Shown: in pieces, positions 12,312 to 23,700 of the stretch
Layout of the letters: each line of letters begins with the position of its first letter
Numbering within the stretch: position 1 is the first letter of the stretch
Assembly: GCA_951406725.2 (NCBI GenBank)
Contig: OX597823.1
Span: 36,270,001 to 36,334,000 of the forward strand
Source of the DNA: Octopus vulgaris
Taxonomy: Eukaryota
Reading direction: 5' to 3'
DNA length: 64,000 nt
The notes under the pieces: generated by a model
What the model saw: only the letters and a program-made list of their open reading frames with translations
What the model was told of the DNA's origin: nothing
Database searches by the model: none
Translations under genes and position numbers: made by a program

Positions 12312-13362
12312 GAAAATCTCACACTTTCCGCTGTTCAACTACCACCATGGCTCAGTCAAAGTTATTTATCAATTGAAATTAGTTTCATTCCTTTTCATTT
12401 CAGTTCAGTTACATATCTATTCGTATATCTCTATCTACATCTGTAGACTCACCTTTGTACCTATCTATCTTGAGTACATCTTTCCTGGGGATTATGCAAG
12501 CTGATTTATTCAGAATTTTGTTATGGTAATCTTCAATATAATTCATTGTCAATGTCTAAGCAGGTCTCTATGCTTGAATTGAAACAATTGTGGTTTGTGT
12601 TACTCTTGTAGTTGTTTGGCCTCCTTCTGGAAATCCACAAGTAGGTACACTAAATAACATTACAATAGAACTATACTATATATTTAGCAAAGTTTGAATT
12701 TATGGAATTACTAAGCTTATAAATTCTTTCATATTATTAGCATTTCAATTACTTGCTGATTAAAAAGAAGCAATATTCTTCTTTTGCTTTCTCCCTTATT
12801 GCATTTATTTTTCTAGTTTTGGTGAGTCTTATTCATTCCAATTGTACAACAAAAATGCAGATGGTTTATTGAAGTAATTGTTAATTAGAGGGGTATTTCT
12901 GCCAATTCAAGATCACTTACTTGTGAAATATACTTTGGAAATCAATGAGCTTGTGATAATTTCTTTCTCCCTGTAACTGTTATTACACCATTTGAAATAT
13001 TGTTTACCTTTCACTAAATACAAAACCTTAAATTTTAAGTTGACAGGAAAGGGCTTGTTGTGCAGTTCCTCTTTCTTTGAAGATTTGTAATATGAAGTAC
13101 TTTCAATCAGGAATTGAAACCCTGTCACATAATTTTGTGCTTTCCTCAATGTTACATTGGAGTTCATCTTATAACCATTTGTTTTTTTTTTCTTCTTGTA
13201 TTTCAGTTGGACAAAATCGACACAGTTCCTAAACCTGAAGCAATGACTCATGAAATGTTTGCAGATTACTTCCCAGAGTCTGCTGTTAACCCAGATAAGC
13301 CAACTCTGTATCCACATACCAAGCCATACCAACCAGAGAACATCAAAGATTTCCTTAAATAA
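3124..13362 (+). CDS. ATP5PD: ATP synthase subunit d, mitochondrial (spliced, 5'-partial): join(3124..3220,5489..5566,7879..7941,13207..13362)
   Basis: Four AG/GT-bounded exons join in frame: VHQYPEALPAIDFAQYKKLLPNPAIVDAFEKN-YKALSVPYPTDKDKVLDAVTKEEATV-NESIKDQVAEFQRMAADAQLM-LDKIDTVPKPEAMTHEMFADYFPESAVNPDKPTLYPHTKPYQPENIKDFLK*. Motifs P.IDF..YK, VD.FEK.Y.AL.VPYP and M.....YFP...KPT..PH are typical of subunit d. Confidence 0.93.
4111..5290 (+). mobile_element. Decayed Tc1/mariner DD37D (maT-type) transposon
   Basis: QQDLAPCH...WPPNSLHCNLMDY with 37 residues between the two Asp; degenerate TIRs (cagaatgttcaagctaaattt / aaatttaacccaaacaacttg) flanked by TA. Confidence 0.8.
5489..5566 (+). CDS. 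ATP5PD: ATP5PD internal exon (78 nt)
   Basis: Polypyrimidine tract, ttccag|TAC AAG GCA...ACG GTT|gtaagt; YKALSVPYP motif. Confidence 0.92.
5751..5912. repeat. (GGT)n and GA-rich compound microsatellite
   Basis: Directly visible. Confidence 0.85.
6119..6400 (-). mobile_element. RTE LINE 3' UTR/tail fragment
   Basis: Reverse complement of 1781-1978 and 43740-44087; (ATC)n at left end. Confidence 0.85.
7879..7941 (+). CDS. ATP5PD: ATP5PD internal exon (63 nt)
   Basis: cttttcag|AAT GAA TCC...CTG ATG|gtaagt; phase 0-0, fills the helical region between flanking exons. Confidence 0.85.
8060..9500 (-). mobile_element. Old, highly decayed LINE remnant interrupted by a SINE
   Basis: Scattered RT-like peptide traces on the minus strand; boundaries approximate. 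Confidence 0.35.
8865..9043 (+). mobile_element. SINE with Nin/Deu-type central domain (5'-truncated)
   Basis: gtcaactttgcctttcatccttacgggggcgataaattaagtaccag; fuller copy at 44088-44312. Confidence 0.75.
10192..12220 (-). mobile_element. Decayed RTE LINE (RT domain + 3' end)
   Basis: MQFDFVPGRGTTIAIFQVRQQQEK, GCPWKLLYTDDFVL; RTE tail at ~10192-10330. Confidence 0.85.
13207..13362 (+). CDS. ATP5PD: ATP5PD last coding exon
   Basis: tatttcag|TTG GAC AAA...CTT AAA TAA. Confidence 0.92.
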   Translation: MDKIDTVPKPEAMTHEMFADYFPESAVNPDKPTLYPHTKPYQPENIKDFLK

Positions 13363-13440
13363 TTACTTCTTAGTAGATATATTTGAATTTTTGGATGATG
13401 AATGTAATGATAGTTTTCTAGTTCTGTATGACACAATCTA

Positions 13441-13446
13441 AATAAA
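13441..13446 (+). terminator. Probable polyadenylation signal of ATP5PD
   Basis: AATAAA about 80 nt after the stop codon, followed by T-rich sequence. Confidence 0.6.
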
Positions 13447-15390
13447 GTTATTGGTTGGCAACATAATCTTCCAATATTTCCTTTTTAATTGAATTTAAAT
13501 GCATGTTGACTCCTCGTTTTAATTTTTCACATCATCCTATTCATCTTACTATTCTGTGTACTACCATATTTAACACTAACTCTTCCTAATTTATTTAATG
13601 TAATTCATAAGTCTACCTCTATTTACAATCTTTCTCCCCTGATTTTACTGCTCAGAAAGGGGCAGTCTTTCTCTCCTTCATTTGCGATGCACCCACCCAT
13701 TTTTATCCCCACCACCTATACTGGAAATCTCTACCAGTAAACTCTTATGACAACACCCCAAATAGTCTCATCCACATTACTGCATCTTTTATTTAGTCAA
13801 TTAACAAATTAACTATTCTTTCCTCTCGACCTATAATTGAACCAAAACTCGTTTCTTTTTTGTTTTTTAAATTTACTTATATTTATCAAGAGCGCTTATA
13901 TTAACAATGCTTGTATTGCACTCCCAATAGAGGCAGCAATTGTAACATGAGTAAATGATAGTAGCTTAATGTGAGGACTGATATGACATGTCTGTTGGCA
14001 AATGCTTGTTGAAACCTTTTTAGATGTTGAATGCTGTCCCCTCCCACTTTCTCAAAGTTGGCACTATTAATGTTGACATATGGAAAAGTAGGTCTGGCAA
14101 GTGTGTTGAGATGCTTGAATGGAGGTGTGTTGATGTGTTGCATTCAAGAAGTGGAGGGGAGCTTCAGCCAGGTTCCTCACAGTCAAGAAGCATAGGTATA
14201 AAATCTTCTGGGAAGACAACAGTGATCGGGTAGGTGGTGTGGAAATGATTCTAGCAGAGAAATGGGTGGAAGAGATGACTGAAGTAGAGTGTGCGATGGA
14301 GTAATTAAGTTTAGGCTAGTTTTTCAGAATAGTACAGTAACAATTATCTCTACCTATGTCTCCCAAGCGGGTCTGCTAAATGAAAAAAAGGACATTTTTA
14401 TTATAATTTTTTGCGGGTTACCTCACAGACAAATGACAATGACCTCATCTTTGTGGCTGGTGATTTCACTGGACACTTTGGGCAGCACTTTAGTAGTGTA
14501 CAGGGTGAACATGGAATTAGTTCCCAACATGAGGAGGGAACAAGGCTACTGGAGTTCTGTGATGTGAATAACCTAATACTCTGCAACACCCACTTTAGAA
14601 AGCCAGCCATTCACCTGATTACCTATCAATCAAGTGACCATGCTAGCAAGATTGAGTACATTCTTACCAGAAAGTATGATGTTGTTGCTCATAGATGCAA
14701 AGACCTTCTCTGGTGAAGAATGTACTCACCAGCATAGATTAGTTATTAGCAACTTTATACTAGAAGGATTCCAAGAAGGAGAGCTGTCTGGAAAAGAAGT
14801 ATTTGGAAGCTTAAGGATTGTTTAAACGGTCAGAGACTTAGGTATGCCCAAATTGTAGTTCCTCCTTATTAAATCTTTCAGACTTGTAACATAGATAGCA
14901 ACTGGGAGATACTATGGGACAGCTTGCTGAGTGCCACAGACCAAATATGTAGCTGGTGCAAAGTCCCAACAAACCTAAGGTGATGTAGTGGTAGAACAGT
15001 GTTGTAGACAAGGCCATCAGAGTGAATAAATTATATCAGATAACTAGGAGGGAGATTAGAAAACACACTTAGCCAGGGGATGAGCAGAAAGGAGGAAATT
15101 TGCCAATGTTTTGTGGAACGAGATTTTTGGATTACAAGACAGTGCATTAGAGTAAATTATGATATGGCAAGAGAGAAGGTATTCACATGGATGATAGCTC
15201 ACTTGCAGTTAGTGATTCTGGAAGTGCCACTATGAAAGATTGCTAAATGTAGAGGATGCATGGGAGGAGAGCCTGCCTAATGTGAACCCAACAGAGGAGC
15301 CAGCTATCGGAATCGATAGTAACTTAGTAGATAAAGCAAAAGGTTAAAAAGATCCTGGCCCATTGGTAATCGCTGCTGAAATGCTTAATA

Positions 15391-16460
15391 TTGGGTTGGC
15401 AACTAAGTTCCCACCGTTTTTTAAATTTTGGAATCTTTTTTTTTCCGAGTTAATTTTAGCTTATTTTGAGATCATTAAAGTGGAATGTCAAGTTAAGAAA
15501 GACGAGCATTTTTGACACCTCCTTTTTGCTTTTAATCAAGGTTCTAAGGCCGCAAAAGCTGCTTGCGACATTTGTGCTGTGTACGGAGAGGGTGCCATAG
15601 CTGAAAGAACTGCTTGTGATTGGTATGCCAAATTCAAAAATGGAAATTTTGACCTCAAAGATGCACCTTGTTCTGGCTGTCCAGTTGAGCTCAATGAAGA
15701 GCAATTAAACCAACTTTTGCACGAAAATTCTCGTCAAACAACAAGGGAACTGGCATGCTTTAAGTGACAACAACAAAAATCAAGCCACAATCTCTGCTGG
15801 TATGCTTGCTCGTCACCGCTCAACTCATGGACACAAGCAACAATTTCTTTACCGAATTGTTACTGACGACGAAAATGGTGGCTGTACATCAATATGAAGC
15901 AGCTTAAGGAATGGCTTAGTCCCAGTAAACAAGATCTTCATCTGTGTAAAACGATGTTGTGCGTATGGTGGGACTGGGAAGGGATTTACGAATTGCTTGA
16001 ACGGAACCAAACGGTCGAAGTGGAACTCTATGTTCAACAGATGGAATGACTCAAAACGACTATTAAAAAGAAAAGGCCTAATCGGAAACATGGAGTTCTG
16101 CTGCATGACAATGCCTGCCCTTATATTGCCAATATGACCAAGGAAGCAATTCAAACACATAGCTAGGAAGTGCTGCCACACCCGCCGTACTCACTTGATT
16201 TGACACCGATGGATTTCTACCTCATTCAAATGCCATGTGCGGAGCTTAGTTCAATACTGATGGAGAAATGAGAGCTTGGTTGGATCAATTTTTCGTGTCG
16301 AAATCTGGTGATTTCTACCAAGGTATTGAAAATCTTGTTGAATGTTGGGAAGAAGTTGTAAACAAGGGTGAATACATTATTGATTAATTAGTTATTTTCT
16401 ATTAAACCTTTTAAAAAATTTAAATTTAAAAAAACGGCGGGAACTTAGTTGCCAACCCAA
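15391..16460 (+). mobile_element. Mariner (DD34D) transposon, decayed, with intact TIRs
   Basis: TA|ttgggttggcaactaagttcccaccgtttttt ... aaaaaacggcgggaacttagttgccaacccaa|TA; YGEGAIAERTACDWYAKFKNGNFDLKD, IVTDDE, HDNA, HPPYS. Confidence 0.93.
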
Positions 16461-16785
16461 TATATCTGGCAAAGTGGGATATAACCTAGTCACCTGTATC
16501 AGGTTGTTCAATGATTGGTATAGCAGTCAACTGCTACAAAGGCATCAAATTGCTGGACCAAGTGATTTAAAGTTACAGAAAGGGTCACAGCTCAATTACT
16601 TAGGAAGAGAGTTAGCCCAGATGAGATGCATTTTGGATTTATGCAACTGCAGAAGTACTTGGCGCCAAAAATAAACCTCTGTTTCCGGCTTTTGTTGACA
16701 TGGTCCCCCACTCCCTTATCTGGTGGGCAATGTGGAATCTAGAGATAGATGAGTGGTTAGTGAGAGCTGTAAAAGCCATGTACAG

Positions 16786-18308
16786 TATGATGGAGCGAAA
16801 AAGTACTTTTTACACAGATTTTTGAAATGTTTTCAAGAAGATATTTTTTCATTGCAAAATCCTTTAAAAACAACTGTGTTAAAATTTAAAGTTCTTAAAT
16901 TCACATCTTCAGGCTCGCACAGCCCACTTGAAATTTTAACTAATGAGTGGCAAATCAATTTGTAACATGTTTGTCATTCCTCATTTTATTTTATACATTC
17001 ATAGTTACAAATTGATTTTCTTTTGCAAAATCCTTTAAAAACAAGTGTTAAAATCTCAAGCTCTAAAATTTATATCTTCAGGCTCTGCAACACAATCGAA
17101 ATTATGTGAAATAGACTTTTCGACTTTGTTTTCTTTATTATCTTTGAAACTAGGTGTTACATGGTCTAGATTACACACACATTAAAATAGATTAAATAAA
17201 TTGTTAAGATTATTGCTGAAAAGAAAATTCTTTTTTGGCAAAAGGCATCCATCCTTTGTATTATAATTGAGTCAGTTAAACTGAAAATCTTAAAACTTTG
17301 CTGACATAGAAGGGCAACTTTGATCTGGCCGATTCTTTCTAATCAACTTCTGTTTAGATACTGCTTGATCTACTCCGCAAATGATTATTTTTCAATTTGT
17401 CTGCTGATCCTGTCAAAAACCTTGTTCTCTCTGTGGTACTTTTTTGTCGCTACTACAACTAAAACTTTTAAATGAGTTGCACTTGCAATAGAAAATGTCA
17501 AATCTTTTGCATTGTTTTTAAACTCCTTATACTTTGTTTGAAACAATGGCACATTTTATCTATTTTTCACAGATTTTAGTAATGCTTGGTACTTTAGATA
17601 AAAGTTTAAAACTTTTGGTTTAACTGACTCAATCATAATATAAGGGATGGATGCCTTTTGCCAAAGAATTTTTTTTCTGCTACAATCTTGACAATTTGTT
17701 CAATTGAAGGATCTTTCTTAACTACATTCTTTTCTTTTTCTCGTTAAAAAACATTTTAGTACATCCTTGTAAGTTGGCAAAACTCATTCGCAAAGATACC
17801 AGAGTACCAGATATTGGGCTTTCAATATCATGATGTGTTATTGGCTTATGAGTCATCACTAAATTTAACACGATCATTAATTTTAATACAATGGCCTAAA
17901 GTCAAGGTGCAAAGCAGAAAACTTCACACTCATATGATATACGTCCACATGCATTGACTGTTGCAGCAGCACTGGAGAGTTCACACTCCTGTTATCTTTA
18001 TAGCCAATGCGGAACCTCAAGATATTAGTCAATTGTATTGAAATTTGGTATGCAACCTCCTAAGGATACTATATTTACAGTTTTGCATTCTGCCATGTAG
18101 AAATATGTATTCATTATGACTTATAATCCATGAAATCCAAAATTCGACCAAAAATAGTGATTTAAAAAATTCTTCAATTGCATTGCAGCACCTGAAAAAA
18201 ATATTTAACTGCAAAGTTCTTTATACACCTTTCTTTTAACCTTAATTCACAATAAAATACCGATTCTTGGTTACTAATTTCAAAAGTTGTATTTTTCACT
18301 CCACCCTA
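16786..18308 (-). mobile_element. hAT (hATm-like) DNA transposon derivative
   Basis: Perfect 8-bp TSD ATGTACAG (16778-16785, 18309-18316); TIRs tatgatggagcgaaaaa / tttttcactccacccta; minus-strand remnant FDIFYCKC..CSSDKKVPQREQGFL.DQ..IICGVD at ~17320-17520. Confidence 0.85.
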
Positions 18309-19569
18309 ATGTACAGTAAGGGGAAAGACCCCAATGAGTATAGCAAGGAATTTTGTGTACAAGTAGGAGTCAACTTGGGATTGGGTCTTAGCCCCCTCTT
18401 GTTTATCGTAGTGCTTCAGGTTGTAATAAAGGAATTTAAGATTGGCTGCCCTTGGGAGCTCTTCTATGCCAATGACTTTGTTCTTATCACTACCAGAATT
18501 AGAGAAGAAATTTCAGGTATGGAAACAAGACCTGGAATCAAAGGGCATTAGAGTTAATTTAGCAAAAATCAAAGTCCTAATACGTAGGAAAACGGACTAA
18601 TCAGACTCCTTCCGGAAGATGGCCCTGCTTGATATGTAAAAAAGATGTTGGGAGAAACTCCACATGGTGTATCCAGTGCAAGCTATGGTCACCTAAGAGG
18701 TGCAGCGGTATCACTGGAAGACTAACAGAGAAAGTAGTTTTTACATATGGAAGATGTGTGGGTACATAAACACCAGGAATGTACAAATGATAGACTCTCT
18801 CAAATGTCAGTGGGGACCCTTAGTAGTTGACAGTTTTCATTATTAGGTGATCAAGAAGTTAGCAGTGGTAGAGGTTGTTTCAAAAGTATAGCCACTAGAA
18901 TAAGCGGGGCAAAGTTCAGAGAGCAATTACCTCTGTTAGTAATGAAGGGCCTGATGCCTGCGTACTAACAGCTATGTAACATGGCAGTGAAATATGGGCT
19001 GTGACTGAGGACCTGCAAAAGCTTGAAAGAAACGAAGCCAGTTCACTCTGCTGGATGAGTAATGTCAGTGTGCATGTACAATAGAGTGATTTGAGAGAGA
19101 AACTGGGTATATAGGGCATCAAATGTAGTGTGCAAGAGAGACCAGTATGGTCATAATGTGTATGAATGAAGATAGTTCAATCAACAAGTGCCAAGTTCTA
19201 ATTGTGGAAGGGGTAGACCCATGAAGATGTGGGATGAAGGGTTACAAAGCGTCTTCAGATGTTGAACCTTACAGAGGGGATGAAAGGGGACTGAGACTTC
19301 TGGTGGTTTGCTGTGCTTGGAAAGACGCATCAAGCCAAGTAGATACATGGTTGTTCCTGCATACAGACATGTCCCCTGCATCACTCTGCAGCTGAATGTT
19401 CCTAATGTTGTGGGCTCATGGGTGCTGGTGCCATGTAAATGCACCCAGTACTCTGTAAAGTGGTTGGTGTTAGGAAGGGCATCCAGCCATAGAGCCCAGG
19501 CAGCTCCTGCCAAACCGTCCAACCCATGCCAGCATGGAAAACAGATGCTGAATGATGATGATAGGTCAA

Positions 19570-19910
19570 CTATGGCTCTGGGGTTAAGAAATTTGTTTCC
19601 CCACCACATGGTCTCAGGTTCAGTCCCACTTCATGACACCTTACATCATAGCCCTACATCAGCCATACCTCAAGAGTGGATTTGTTAGGCAGAAACTGAA
19701 AGCCCCTTGTATATGTGTGTGCTTGTGCCTCCTTGTCTTGACATCAAGTGATAGTTGTCATTTGTTTCCAGTCTTCTATGAAAACATGTCATGGGAAAAT
19801 ATTACCTTGCCTGGAAACAGGTGAGAGTTGGCATCAGATCATAGAAAACTTGCCTTAATGAAGTCCATCTAACTCCTGCAAGCATGGAAAGGTCGAAGTT
19901 GAAACGATTT
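19570..19910 (+). mobile_element. tRNA-derived SINE with RTE-like tail
   Basis: Head as in 1345 copy (ggttcagtccc), tail gcaagcatggaaa. Confidence 0.7.
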
Positions 19911-20284
19911 ATTGACAGGAGAGACATTTGAATATCTTGTTTCATTTCATATGTGCAGAAATCTGAAATTATGAAATTAAGTTTCCAAGAAGAAAATAGT
20001 TTTTCAATTTACTTTGCTCCAATCAACATAACAAAAGCAGTAATTATCTTGATATTCTTTATGGTCAACTTAACTTTGTTTTTCCTTAGTAGAATTTTTC
20101 TGAAAGTATTTTGAAAGTTGGTGAGGGAAGGAGATTGCTCACCATCTTTTACAGTGCCTGTCAAACTGGTGAGGTTAATAAAGTTTGTTCAATTTGAATC
20201 ACTAGATTGGAGTAGAGAGGAAAAAAACTTGTAGGTAGGGAAAACTGGATTAGGTAATGAGATACAGGAAAGTATGAGAAGGAA

Positions 20285-20715
20285 TTATAGCTCTAGAGGG
20301 TTCACCACCCGATCAGGGCTGAAGGATTTTCATGTTTCTAAAGGGGAAACCCAAGTCTTTTAACCCTTTAGCCATATCCAGCCAAAATATTCCTGTTTTA
20401 TTTTCAAACCAGTCAAATTTGGCCTCTCACACCTACATCAATGTCACTTTAAAATCTCAAATCCATGAAATAATGCAAGATTAATCTAAAATGATTAACC
20501 ATGCATTATCTCATGGATTTGAGATTTCAACGATGTGATTATTTAATTTTAAAATGACACTAGGGTAGGTGTGAGAGGCCAAATTTGACTGGTTTGAAAA
20601 TAAAACAGGAATATTTTGGCTGGATATGGCTAAAGGGTTAAAAGACTTGAGTTTCTCTTTAGAAACCTGAAAATCCTTCAGCTCTGATCAGGTGGTGGAC
20701 CCTCAAGAGCTATAA
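20285..20715. repeat. Long inverted repeat (fold-back) containing two TTAA-MITE 5' halves
   Basis: ttatagctc...ttaaccctttagccatatccagcc... mirrored by ...ggctggatatggctaaagggttaa...gagctataa. Confidence 0.92.
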
Positions 20716-23700
20716 TAGCTTCTGTTCAACTCCTGTATATTCATGTGAATACATAAGCTTTACATTTGACAGAGTATTCTGAATTCTAAATTATCAGAGA
20801 TTACACAGCCTAAAGTTTCAGGTCAGTCCTTATTGAACAAGCCTATAAATTAAGGTGTTTCAACTTTGATTATTCCATCATTTTGTAGGTATGACATTGT
20901 TCATTGGGTTTTTATTTATGTATTTATTTAAAATGGGGGGAGGGGGTGAATGCATATATTCTTTCTCATAAGAGTGATGTACAGGAATTTGATATGAAAT
21001 TGTTATATTCCTATTGAAAGATGTTTGAACTAAGACAATATCATCATTTAATGTCCATTTTCCATGCTGGCATGAGTCAGACAGTTTGACAGGATCCAGC
21101 AACCTGCAAGGCCATATTAGGCTTTGATATCAGCTTTGGCATGGCTTCTGCAGCTAGATGCCCTTCCTAACACCAATCACTTGGCAGAGGGTACTGGGTA
21201 CTTTTTTTTTGTGTCACTTACACTAGTGAGGTTGCCAAGTATCTTACCAAACAGAAGAGACAGAGGTAAAAATTGGTTCCATAACTTCCTGGAGAGAGTA
21301 TGAGTAAAGAACTAGGTCTGATGTGCCAAGAAGGGAATGAACAGGATCAGCTGTCTTGATGGGCGTGTAATGGAAAAGAACTTAGAAGTTTTGTGTGGAG
21401 TTGGCAGCGAAGCAGGCAGCAGAAGACAGAATTGTGAGGAAGGATGTTTCTTTTCATCTGTAATGCTGTGAATGAACCACTTGAGAATTTGAGGTTATGG
21501 GCTTTTGAGGCACACATGTTCTATGGTTTCATGATAAAAAATGGATTAGGTGTAAAGAATACTTGTTGCAAATAGACAGTACTCCGAGCAGTCAACTGAC
21601 AAGAAGAGGATGTATTGCTTTGATTATACAATCATTTAGTGACAGTTGGTTTGGAAGTAATTGCAGAATGGTAAACATCTTACATAGAGGTTACCAGACT
21701 AAACTTATCTCTTGATATCTAAACTACACTGTATAAAGTAACAGCTGTGATTACACTGCTGTTGGCTTGATAATGAGTAGCTAATCTTGAAGAATAGTGT
21801 TTAACAGCCAAGCTTTCTACTCATAAGAGATTACTATCAATAACAGGTATACTAAAATCTAATGCATTCAACACTTTTCTGCTGGGTTGGCCTCTTTGCT
21901 TGTAGGAATATCTGTCCACTATCTCATTTTACCTAGATTCTATTTCAGTTTGCCAAGAAAATCATTAAACCGAGAACAAAATTTTTTGGAACTCTTAGAA
22001 GCCATCAGTCACCTCCAGTGTTGAAAGGAAAGTTTGCTTTTATAATTTTATAGTAGCTATCAATTTAATTAGAGACTGCAGTTCATGACACACTATCTAG
22101 AAATATTCTTGCAATCTAGATTCATATTCAAAAGAATAAAATTTAAGGTTCATATCAATTTCCTTGAACATTGTGGAATCGATAATATAAACCACATAAC
22201 AAGCCAGACCAAAATTAAAAAAGAAAGTAATTTCGATTCTAACCAATTAAAAAAAAAAGCCTGAGAGGATTCACTGTTGTCAGTCCTTGAAACTCTTCAG
22301 TGCCAATAGGTGACTGGTGGTTGCTCAGCTCCACAATGTTTTTTTTCTTCTGACTATTTCAATTGATGACATAGAAATCTCTCTCATAACAACATATTGC
22401 CTTGCTCTTCTCACTTGACTACAACAAAAGCTTATGTTTAGTTTGGATAAAATAAGTCCATGAAATTTTTTTTCTTTCAATGTACATTGAGACAAGTATG
22501 AATGGAAGGACATTTGGCTATTTTCACTGGCACAAACCATTAATGATTGGTGGGGTACTACTTCTGAACTACATTAGTAGATGCCTGCTCATTTTATCAA
22601 CATCGGGCAAGAAAAGTTGACTCGGAGTACAAACATACACCAAAACCTACAGTTTATTCCTGTTTCAGCAGACTCCACCATCACACATTACAACATATAA
22701 TGACATTAAAATTTGAATTAAAACAGATTTTTTTTTATTGTTTCCCATGGTTTATTAATTTTTCTTTTCCAATTAAAATTTTTTTTTTCTCTTGTCAGCA
22801 AGGCAAGTGATACAGAACAGAGAGAATACTTGCGGTATTAGCTGATTTTTGTTTTTATTGTTCATGTTACACACTCCACTAAACTGAGGGAGAAAATGGG
22901 GTGGGTTTTTTTTTGTTTGTAATTAGGGTCTTATCTACACTGAGGTGGGGGTGGGGTATGGAATTATAAGACCAAACTATGTGGTGGTGTACAACAAGAG
23001 GCCTAGAATATTAGTGGGGAAAGGAAGGGAATGTATAATCCTTAGACTTAAAAAGAAAAAAAAAGTCATTTTTGATATTTTATTTTTCAACATTTTTTTT
23101 GAAGCAACTCGGAATGAGGTGGAAGGTTCTGGAAGTGAGAAAGGCTATAACAGTGTGTTTAGGTGGTATCTTATCACAGTTCTAAGATCAGAATAGTTGT
23201 TATAATTTACCTTTCATCTGAATTTAAAGAACATTGATTTCACTACAAAATTATTTACATCCAAAGAGTACAGCAAGAAATCACCATCACAACCACCTGT
23301 CCACCTGCACTCACATACCCACATTCAGAATCAGTGATAAAGCCCAGTTGATTGGTGGTACACAAGGGAGGGTGAGGGTATCTTCATTTTATGCTAAAAG
23401 GAAAGGAACCAAAGTAACATGATATATTTCAAAAACTATTTAAATAGTTCTCCATCTAAGCAATAGCTTCAAACTAATTTCAACATTTCCATGCTTCAAT
23501 GAGAAACATTTAGAGGTGGAGTAAGAGGATAATTTCTCAAAGTTACCACTGCTTTACAAAAAATGGCACCTGAAATAACTAACAAATATTTTATCAAAAT
23601 ATGAGAGTGGGTGGGTGGTTGAAGTGCTAATCATTACAGTCAATTGGTGCTGAATTTAGCATATTCAACTGAAATAAAAAGTAAAACAAACGTAGGTTTT

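Larger units (their letters stand above)
14040..19562 (+). mobile_element. Long decayed RTE LINE (APE endonuclease + RT) with two nested DNA transposons
   Basis: LKVGTINV, VAGDFTGH..LLEFCD..LILCNTHF (APE); GLGLSPLLFIVVL..CPWELFYAND (RT); RTE tail and (GAT)n at ~19553. Confidence 0.88.
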
